Virus record (IMG/VR): IMGVR_UViG_3300022922_000066
Span: 1-26,068 of that record
DNA from: a virus
Lineage: Duplodnaviria; Caudoviricetes
Direction: 5' to 3' (one strand)
Length of the DNA stretch: 26,068 bases
Shown here in pieces: positions 1 through 7,298 of this stretch. Each line of letters begins with the position of its first letter. The first letter of the stretch is position 1. The notes under the pieces were generated by a model, which worked only from the letters and a program-made list of their open reading frames with translations, was not told the DNA's origin and searched no databases. The translations under genes and the position numbers were made by a program.

Positions 1-41
1 CCTGATACGGAGTTAGTTCCTGATAAAGCAAGTAAGGACAT
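1..41 (-). CDS. 5' end of a further tail/fibre-associated gene (partial, MSLLALSGTNSVS...)
   Basis: ATG at 41-39 overlaps the TAA of the upstream gene (TAATG), and the frame is open to the window edge. The product is inferred from position only. Confidence 0.6.
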   Translation of the reverse strand, partial: MSLLALSGTNSVS

Positions 42-466
42 TAGCTTAGTACTAAGTTAAGATTTCTGCCTACCTCAAGCCACTTAGTCCCATTATATCT
101 GAAGGTAAAAAGGTCTCCGTAGTTTGCTGTTGTTGTAAGAGTTGGTGCTGTGTCTGCCGTAAATTCGTAAACAGCGTTCCATGTTAGCGTTCTTGAACCT
201 GTACCATCTTGTATTACTAGCAAGGATATGTATTGTCCGCTACCCACTGCGTTACTTGGGGCTGCTAATGTTCTGTTACCACCCAAAGTTACTTTTGCTA
301 TAGGGGAGGTTGATACATCCCATGCAATCGTTGCACCATCGGTTAGGGTAGCCTCACTACCTAATTTAACTTGACATCCTGTAAGGTCCAGAACATCACC
401 ACTTGCAATTTCCTCGATGGCTGGTGTTCCGCTGCCATCTACTATTAATGGGAATCTAACTGCCAT
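41..466 (-). CDS. Small tail-fibre-associated protein (141 aa)
   Basis: AGGAG RBS upstream. The pattern TLTDGATIAWD...VTLGGNRTL...LLVIQDGTGSRTLTW...PTLTTTAN.GDLFTF resembles a beta-rich domain common in fibre proteins of aquatic phages. Confidence 0.7.
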   Translation of the reverse strand: MAVRFPLIVDGSGTPAIEEIASGDVLDLTGCQVKLGSEATLTDGATIAWDVSTSPIAKVTLGGNRTLAAPSNAVGSGQYISLLVIQDGTGSRTLTWNAVYEFTADTAPTLTTTANYGDLFTFRYNGTKWLEVGRNLNLVLS

Positions 467-467
467 T

Positions 468-1148
468 TTATACTCCTACGTTTACGTTGCCTGCTCGTCC
501 CTCAACGACCAGCGTTCCACTTGTTATTGTTATGTCTGTGTTGCCACTTCTGCCCAGCACGGTTAATGTTTGAGAAACAGCAACGTCACCAAAGCTCACA
601 GCCCCGGATCCGTCTGTAACCAAAGCCTGTCCGCTGGTTCCGTCAGCAATAGGTAAAGTATACACCGAAGTTGAGCTCTTGTTATTAGCATCCCCAATAA
701 ATATCTTACCTTGGTTAAGGTTTGGGGTTGCGGCTGTTCTCCCCGCTCCGCCTACCTTAATAGACCCGTTACTTGCATGGACCCTTTGAACCTTACCTAT
801 GTTCTGTAGTTTTACTGTTTCCCCGCCAGCCGGATCATTCGTTAAGGCACCAGCTGTGGTGTCTACATATAATGTATCTCCTAACGAATAACCGGAGGTA
901 TCTAAACCTGCGAGGGTTCCAAAACTAATAATATCTACTTCTGCGTTGGTGCTAACGGTTGCTTCTGCTAAACCAAAAGCTGGAATTTTTGCAGAGTCAT
1001 CTGCGTCTGCTAAAGATACAACAGGAACTTCACCAGAGATACCGGATATATAAACAGCTTGACCCTTAGTTAAATTTTCCCCCGCCTTAGCGGTGAAGCG
1101 TACAACTGAGTCTTTTAACTGTTCACCATGTATCTTTGTATTTGGCAT
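468..1148 (-). CDS. Virion fibre/decoration-type protein (226 aa)
   Basis: TAATG-coupled to the upstream fibre. The AGENLTKGQAVYI...LADAD...AFGLA...GDTLYV domain resembles phage fibre/cement-type domains. It has the LPIADGTSGQALVTDGSG fibre motif also seen in both long fibres. Confidence 0.65.
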   Translation of the reverse strand: MPNTKIHGEQLKDSVVRFTAKAGENLTKGQAVYISGISGEVPVVSLADADDSAKIPAFGLAEATVSTNAEVDIISFGTLAGLDTSGYSLGDTLYVDTTAGALTNDPAGGETVKLQNIGKVQRVHASNGSIKVGGAGRTAATPNLNQGKIFIGDANNKSSTSVYTLPIADGTSGQALVTDGSGAVSFGDVAVSQTLTVLGRSGNTDITITSGTLVVEGRAGNVNVGV

Positions 1149-2929
1149 TAGCTGTTCTCCAGTGTTGTTATTCTAGCTTCTAGTTCTTGTATTGTTTTCA
1201 CTAGTAATGGAACAAGTTTTGAATGATCTATTTGTTGATAGATAGGTTCAGCGTATGATGCAACCCATGTTGTATCTGCTTCATATGTTCCATCTTCCTT
1301 GCCTGCAATCCATTCTTGTTCTGTTATATTTTCATCAATTTTTACACTTGAAGCATTAAGAACTACATTTGATATTGTGTCTTTAACTTCATCTTTTGTG
1401 CCTTTAACTGCCTCTGGAACAATATCTTCAACTTCGTGTGCTAAAAATCCATCCTGTAAAGTATTTGTTTCGTCTCTTATCCAATTAAATCTAGCAGGTT
1501 TAAGCTGTTTAAATCTAGTTGTAGCATCCCATGCATAATCAACATTTTCTTTTAATCTATAATCTGAAGAAGTGTTAAAAGATGCGTTTGAACCATTTTG
1601 AGTTATAGAGCCAACTGTATTTAAGCCAGTATTATGAATTACCAAGCAGGCATAACCACCATTATTAGCACTTAATAATCTTAAATTTGCGTCAGATTTT
1701 GCACCAAAGAAAGCAGTAGTTTTATTACCACCACCAAACAAATTAGTAGTTCCAACCATAAGCTCGCCATTTGGTTTAATTCTAACTTTAACAGTTGGAT
1801 TTGATGCTCCACTTGCTGTGCCTAAATCTAATTCAGTTGCTCCACCAGTAGTATGTCTACCTTGCATATAAGCATAATGCTTGTTATCTCCACCAATCAG
1901 CAGAGTTGATGAACCACCATCACTCCCTGCTGTACCACTTAATAAAGCTAGTTTTGCAGCAGTTATTGTACCACCATAGCCTGAGCTAGGATCATTGGTT
2001 CCAATGCCAACCCTTCCAGAACTATCAATCCTCATTCGCTCTGCCATGCCTGAATTTGATAATCCAGCAGTTTTAAATACTAGACCACCTGAATCGTTAT
2101 ATGATGGATGACTTACATTTTCTATAGATGCTAACTCATAAGTAGCAGAGTTCCACCAAGAAAGAGCGTTGGTCATTTGATTGCCGCCCTGCAATTGAAC
2201 ATCGCCATTTGAAGCAATCCTCATAGCTTCGCTAGTTGTAAAAAATTCAAGCTGATTAGTAGCACCAGACCTTATAGTGCCACCATTAGAACCTCCAACA
2301 GTAAAGTAAACACCCGATGTTGCAGAGCCATCTATTTGTAATCTAGTGTTTGCTTCACCACCTACAACAAGTTTTTGTGTCATTGAGTTAACACCAATCC
2401 CAACTCGCTCAGAACTATCTATGGTTATAGCAGTAGCATCTGCACTTGAAACAATACCTGCTACGCCACCACCTGCTGCATCTTCCCAAGCAATTCCACT
2501 GCCTGTAGATGTTAAGACTTGTCCGTCTGTGCCTTGAGCACCTGCGATGGTTAGGTTGCCTAATGCTATTGTGCCCGATATATCTGCATCACCATCCACA
2601 TCTAAACTATCAGACTGTAGTTCTCCAGTAATATCTACACCATCAGATTTGGTGGTTAACTTAAGGTTGTTATCATATCGTAAAGCCACTGGACCATTTT
2701 CAGTAGCAGAAATCATCAGTTCGCCACCTGCACCATTTATTTGCACAGTGCTACCTGTTATAGCATTACCATTGACATCTAAATCTCCACCTAGTTGTGG
2801 GCTTGTATCTGCAACAACATCAATAGCATCACTTGCAATTTTAGACGCAGTAATAGCACCATCAGCAATCGCTGAACTGGTTACTGCATTGTCTGCTATA
2901 ACTCTTGATGTGATCTTGGTGTTTGCCAT
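1148..2929 (-). CDS. Tail fibre 2 with C-terminal peptidase S74 intramolecular chaperone (593 aa)
   Basis: IADxAVT/IT N-terminal repeats, DTSPQLGGDLDVNG, ERMRIDSSGRVGIGT fibre repeats, SSDYRLKENV autocleavage motif, GFLAHEV, and a terminal LVPLLVKTIQELEARITTLE coiled coil. Confidence 0.9.
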   Translation of the reverse strand: MANTKITSRVIADNAVTSSAIADGAITASKIASDAIDVVADTSPQLGGDLDVNGNAITGSTVQINGAGGELMISATENGPVALRYDNNLKLTTKSDGVDITGELQSDSLDVDGDADISGTIALGNLTIAGAQGTDGQVLTSTGSGIAWEDAAGGGVAGIVSSADATAITIDSSERVGIGVNSMTQKLVVGGEANTRLQIDGSATSGVYFTVGGSNGGTIRSGATNQLEFFTTSEAMRIASNGDVQLQGGNQMTNALSWWNSATYELASIENVSHPSYNDSGGLVFKTAGLSNSGMAERMRIDSSGRVGIGTNDPSSGYGGTITAAKLALLSGTAGSDGGSSTLLIGGDNKHYAYMQGRHTTGGATELDLGTASGASNPTVKVRIKPNGELMVGTTNLFGGGNKTTAFFGAKSDANLRLLSANNGGYACLVIHNTGLNTVGSITQNGSNASFNTSSDYRLKENVDYAWDATTRFKQLKPARFNWIRDETNTLQDGFLAHEVEDIVPEAVKGTKDEVKDTISNVVLNASSVKIDENITEQEWIAGKEDGTYEADTTWVASYAEPIYQQIDHSKLVPLLVKTIQELEARITTLENS

Positions 2930-5347
2930 CTATGCGTTCTCCAGTGTTGTAATTTTTGCTTCTAATGTTTCAATGCGTTCCATAGCTTCTTGTAAAGCTT
3001 TAATGGCTTTTAAAGTTAAAATAGAATACTTGACTGATTTCGTGGATTCGCCTGTTAGTCTTTCTTCTCTCTGAGTTACATTGTTTCCGTTTTCGTCAAG
3101 AACAGGGTTGCCATTTTCATCAAGAACTACTTCATCATAAAACTCTTTATCATCAGTTTCTTCAACTAATCCATGCATACCTGCAGATTCTAACTCTTGT
3201 GCAATAACTCCTAATTGGTAAGGTGCATCAGCATTAGAAGCAACATCTTGTTTCCATCGGTACTTTCTAAATTGTATTGCTTTAATATCTTCCCACTGAC
3301 TATTTGCATCTTCAATATCTTGCTTTAGTTTTTGGTCAGACAATGAACCATAGCTGTTATTTCTATTAACGACATTTCCATTACTATAAATGTAGATATT
3401 ATGTCGTCCTGCATTGTCACTGTACCCAGCTAAAAAGAAATTACTACTATTTTCATTATTACAGTTGAGGAATAAACAATCACCACCACTATTAGTGTTA
3501 TAGATGTAGTAGGCAATACTTGCATCGCTTCCTATTGTTTCGTGATAGGTTCCTGACAAATTTACAAAAGCTCCAACAGTAGTATATTTTGTATAGCCTG
3601 AACTAGTAATCCTCATACGTTCTACATTACTTGTATTAAGAATTGCAAGGCTACCACCAACAGTTCCAAGATAATGACCTGTAGCATTATTATCCATAAA
3701 TTGAATATATGAACCTGCATCTGTACTTGTAAACTTAGCAGGTACATTTTCAGCACCAGCATTAACATCAAGTTTTACACTAGGATTATTCGTACCAATT
3801 CCAACATTATTACCAAGTGCATTTAATGCTAATGGTTTGCTACTGTAAGACTGAATAGTTGCAACTGTACTAGTTGTATTGAGTGCAAGTTCAATTCCAC
3901 CACCACCATAAACTGAGAATGTCCCACTGGTTGTTGTACCATTAACAACTACGCCACCACCACTGGTAATCCTCATGCGTTCTTCAGTGTTTGTGCCACC
4001 TGAAGCTGTGTAGAACAACATATCAGATGCGTTTGAACCTATATCATAAGTTGTCCTTATGCTTGTATTTCCGTATTTAGCACCTAGATAAAGTTCCCTA
4101 TAGCCTTCTAATAAAAACTCTGTTCCAGCTACGCCTGTGCTATCTCCTACTGATATATGACCACCCAAAACTGATAGTTTTTCTGTAGGACTAGCAGCAC
4201 CAATACCTAATCTATTATTTGTAGCATCAGTATAAATCTCTGAAGTATTTAAATAAGTTTCTACATCTGAATCTGTATAACCTGAAATCGTTGAGAATGA
4301 TAAAGTACCAGCACCATCGGTTGTTAAGACCTGTCCGTTTGTGCCATCTGAGGTTGGGTAAGCAAGACCGCCTGCGGTCAATTGCCCCGAGTTGATGGTT
4401 ACGTTATTGGTAAAAGTTACGTTCTCTGAACTGTCAATGGTGATTGCGGTAGCGTCTGCACTTGTGCTAATCGAGGTAGCAGATTCTAAAACATCAGATA
4501 CCAAAGATTTTTTTAACGCACTATCTGTAGCATCGAAGATCATAAAGTGATCCGCACCTACGGCTGTAACTTCCGTTAAGCCTGAAACGAAGGATGCTGG
4601 TAAAGTGTTTACTTCTGTTTGAGTAAAGGTCATGACTTCTACGGTCGCACCGTTAGAAGGATTTGCGTCTAATGTTAGGGTTGTCCCTGAAATTGAATAA
4701 CTGTTTTTTTGTTGATAAACACCGTCAATAAATACCTGAGTGTTGTTTTCATGAATGGGAGCAATGCTTAATGTAAAAGCTGCCGTGTTTCCATCTGCGG
4801 TAAAACTATCTTGATTTAAGTTGTTACCGGAAACAGCACCCTTAACGTGGTAAACAATAATGTTTCGATCAACGGCCGGTGCTTCATCTAAGGTAAGAGT
4901 TGTTCCTGAAAGAACAAAGTCTCCCGGGTTTTGATAGGCACCTTCTATAAATACAATAAGGTTGTCTTCACTTGATGGTGCTTGGCTTAGGGTAAACGCT
5001 GTTGTGGTTCCGTCCCCCGTAAAAGTATCAACGCTTAGTGTAGAGGTAACTTCTGTGGTTATGTCCTCTAATAAAGCCGCAACTACCCTTAACTCTGCCT
5101 TATCGCCAGAATTAAAAGCTTGTGCAGTTGTGTTGTCTTGCCCTCTAACTACAGTTAGTGTGTTACCACTTCTCGCAGTTACCTTAACGATCTCCCTGTT
5201 GGTGGTGTCATCAAAAGTAACATAGAAATGATCACTGCCAGTAAGAGCCGGGAATACAGAACCATCGGTTACAGATATGCTTGTAACGCTGCTATTGATT
5301 CCTGCGGCAAGAGTTGTCGCTGCGTTGTTGGTGAACTTAACAGCCAT
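2930..5347 (-). CDS. Tail fibre 1 with N-terminal anchor, two tandem beta domains and C-terminal S74 chaperone (805 aa)
   Basis: AGGAG RBS. N-terminal KFTNNAATTLAAGI...EIVKVTARSGNTLTVVRGQD domain, two FT[GA]DGxTxAFTL repeats, ERMRITS and VGIGT repeats, SLSDQKLKQDI, GVIAQELE, and VKYSIL...KALQEAMERIETLE. Confidence 0.9.
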   Translation of the reverse strand: MAVKFTNNAATTLAAGINSSVTSISVTDGSVFPALTGSDHFYVTFDDTTNREIVKVTARSGNTLTVVRGQDNTTAQAFNSGDKAELRVVAALLEDITTEVTSTLSVDTFTGDGTTTAFTLSQAPSSEDNLIVFIEGAYQNPGDFVLSGTTLTLDEAPAVDRNIIVYHVKGAVSGNNLNQDSFTADGNTAAFTLSIAPIHENNTQVFIDGVYQQKNSYSISGTTLTLDANPSNGATVEVMTFTQTEVNTLPASFVSGLTEVTAVGADHFMIFDATDSALKKSLVSDVLESATSISTSADATAITIDSSENVTFTNNVTINSGQLTAGGLAYPTSDGTNGQVLTTDGAGTLSFSTISGYTDSDVETYLNTSEIYTDATNNRLGIGAASPTEKLSVLGGHISVGDSTGVAGTEFLLEGYRELYLGAKYGNTSIRTTYDIGSNASDMLFYTASGGTNTEERMRITSGGGVVVNGTTTSGTFSVYGGGGIELALNTTSTVATIQSYSSKPLALNALGNNVGIGTNNPSVKLDVNAGAENVPAKFTSTDAGSYIQFMDNNATGHYLGTVGGSLAILNTSNVERMRITSSGYTKYTTVGAFVNLSGTYHETIGSDASIAYYIYNTNSGGDCLFLNCNNENSSNFFLAGYSDNAGRHNIYIYSNGNVVNRNNSYGSLSDQKLKQDIEDANSQWEDIKAIQFRKYRWKQDVASNADAPYQLGVIAQELESAGMHGLVEETDDKEFYDEVVLDENGNPVLDENGNNVTQREERLTGESTKSVKYSILTLKAIKALQEAMERIETLEAKITTLENA
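4625..5029 (-). repeat. Tandem duplicated ~62-aa domain (period 73 codons) in tail fibre 1
   Basis: DTFTGDGTTTAFTLSQAP..DNLIVFIEGAYQ...SGTTLTLDEAP (4844-5029) versus DSFTADGNTAAFTLSIAP..NNTQVFIDGVYQ...SGTTLTLDANP (4625-4810). Confidence 0.9.
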
Positions 5348-5365
5348 TAGCTAACTCCTTAAAAA

Positions 5366-5791
5366 TTAACTAACTGTTACAGTCCAAGTAATTGTCATTG
5401 AGTCAGACGCACCCTTATTAACTACTGAAAAAACAGTTCTACAAAGTAAGTCACCGGCAGAAGAGGCATTTAAAATACCAGCTTCAGTTACGGCACCTGT
5501 ACCAGTTCCTGCAGGAAACGTAGCTACGTAAGTTACAACAGCACCTGATACAGTAGTACTGTCTAACGCAACACGACCTAGCTCAGTTCCCAAAGAGGAA
5601 TCGCCAGCTGCAGCTGCAGTAGAACCACTACCAATGGCCATGTGAGACATAGCAGTTGCGGTAGCGTCTTTCATTCGAGAGGCAACATATTCCTTTCCAT
5701 CAGTAACCACAAGGTTATTGACTTCTTGGACAGTTTCTCCGTTAAGAGCAATTTTTAACTTACCTGTAAGTTTTAAACCGTCATTTAACAT
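5366..5791 (-). CDS. Small structural protein resembling a phage tail-collar/fibre N-terminal domain (141 aa)
   Basis: GGAG RBS. The pattern NLVVTDG...HMAIGSG...LGTELGR...VTEAGIL...LLCRTVF..VNK...ITWTV resembles the fibre-attachment (P2 gpH N-terminal/DUF3751-like) domain. Confidence 0.65.
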   Translation of the reverse strand: MLNDGLKLTGKLKIALNGETVQEVNNLVVTDGKEYVASRMKDATATAMSHMAIGSGSTAAAAGDSSLGTELGRVALDSTTVSGAVVTYVATFPAGTGTGAVTEAGILNASSAGDLLCRTVFSVVNKGASDSMTITWTVTVS

Positions 5792-5804
5792 AATTTCTCC
5801 AATT

Positions 5805-6908
5805 TTAATTTAATACACTAGTGTTAAATGCAGAAGTGTTAAGTACACTACTTGATCCAGAGACCAAGACCACATTTATCGATTCTGTTATTGTAGCACT
5901 ATCTGATAAAGATTTACCAAAACTATGTGCTAAAGTTTCTGAAATAGAAGCACCATCTGTAAAGCTGTTTCCAGTCCCGGAAGTTAAAACTTCTGTCAAA
6001 GTTATCCCATCAGCAAAAGTTGTGATAAATTCTATGCTAGGGCTGTCTGTAATTGTAGAAGTATCAGCAAAACTAGTAGAGAATGTAAACACAGGAGCAC
6101 TGTCTCCAATACCTATAATATTCCCTTTATTTATGTTTACATCTGTGCGTAACTCATCAGAAGGGCTTGCAGTATCATCTAATGCATAGCTGTCTGAAAA
6201 AGTCCTGGTAAAGGTTGCAACACGACTAAAGACCTCAGAAATTGTTACAGTTTCTTCTGCAACTGATTTATCTACACTTAAGACATTTGATTCATCTATG
6301 GTTGTAGTATCAGATTGTGGTAGGTCTACATCTAAAACAGGAGCATCAGAAACTGATACGGTGTCACTTTTTGATGGATCAACACTTAGAACCTCTGAGT
6401 CTAAAAATGAAAAGTTGTCACTTTTTACTGGTTCTATATCTAATGCAGCTGATTCACTTAATGTACTACTATCATCAAATGCAGTACTAAAAGCAATAGC
6501 AGGGGCGTCTACAAGAGTTGGGGTTTCACTAAAGGCTCTAACAAAATCTACTACTCTACTAAGAGACTCGGCAATACCGACTGTATCAGACTGACTGGTA
6601 GCAAACGCTAAAGCTAGTTCTTCTGCTATAGAAACAGTTTCTTCTTTTGTTGTACTAAATGTAAGTACTGGTAGGTCGGTTAAACTAAAGCTTTCTGCAT
6701 TAGGATGCCCAGGAAGGAAGTAAAGGTTTTTACTGTCAGCGTCTAAAAATACATTTACGGCTGATAAATTTACGTACTGTAATGAACTTTGTAAATTTGT
6801 AAATGTAACAAGAGATTTTAAATTTTGAAAAACGGAGACGGGTTGAACCGAATCCGTATCAATAATGACTCTTAAATTACTATAGTCAACTGTAAATTTG
6901 AAGGCCAT
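5805..6908 (-). CDS. Acidic Ser/Thr/Asp-rich repeat protein, putative fibre or shaft (367 aa)
   Basis: TAATG-coupled. Consecutive ~18-residue repeats (VDPSKSDTVSVSDAPVLD / VDLPQSDTTTIDESNVLS / FSTAFDDSSTLSESAALD) and a C-terminal LNTSAFNTSVLN. Confidence 0.7.
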   Translation of the reverse strand: MAFKFTVDYSNLRVIIDTDSVQPVSVFQNLKSLVTFTNLQSSLQYVNLSAVNVFLDADSKNLYFLPGHPNAESFSLTDLPVLTFSTTKEETVSIAEELALAFATSQSDTVGIAESLSRVVDFVRAFSETPTLVDAPAIAFSTAFDDSSTLSESAALDIEPVKSDNFSFLDSEVLSVDPSKSDTVSVSDAPVLDVDLPQSDTTTIDESNVLSVDKSVAEETVTISEVFSRVATFTRTFSDSYALDDTASPSDELRTDVNINKGNIIGIGDSAPVFTFSTSFADTSTITDSPSIEFITTFADGITLTEVLTSGTGNSFTDGASISETLAHSFGKSLSDSATITESINVVLVSGSSSVLNTSAFNTSVLN

Positions 6909-7288
6909 TAATCGAAGTCATCACGTACTTTAAACTTAATGAAATCTTGCACTGTTTGAATACCAGCTCCAGCCCCAGTAATTGTCTGTTCAATTTCTCC
7001 TTCAAATGTACCTGCAGTTGTCCAGGTTCCTGCGGGGAATGTTAACGCACAAACACCATTAGAGGCGTCTGTTATTGTAGCAGGAATTGTAGAAAGAACG
7101 GTTGTGTTCCCTACTTCACGGATACGTAGTTTTACAGTTGAATTACTTAGGTCAATTGGTGCCCATGTTGTACTATCTTCTGCATCAAGGGTTTTACCTG
7201 CAGCTGCTGTGTTGCTGTCTTTTAAAGTAAAAACCAACTCTGGAAGTGTATCACCTACTACTAATTTAATTGTATCTGAATATGCCAT
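6908..7288 (-). CDS. BppU N-terminal-like (Ig-like) structural/adaptor protein (126 aa)
   Basis: The pattern LVVGDTLPELVFTLKD...IDLSNSTVKL...ITDASNGVC...AGTFEGEIE...FKVRDDF matches the small baseplate-upper-like domain. Confidence 0.6.
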   Translation of the reverse strand: MAYSDTIKLVVGDTLPELVFTLKDSNTAAAGKTLDAEDSTTWAPIDLSNSTVKLRIREVGNTTVLSTIPATITDASNGVCALTFPAGTWTTAGTFEGEIEQTITGAGAGIQTVQDFIKFKVRDDFD

Positions 7289-7298
7289 AGTCTTTTAA

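Noticed and set aside
1148-5347. Diversity-generating retroelement or invertase shufflon acting on the fibres
   Set aside because: No reverse transcriptase or recombinase gene is in the window, there is no long repeat pair differing only at adenines, and no inverted cassettes are seen.
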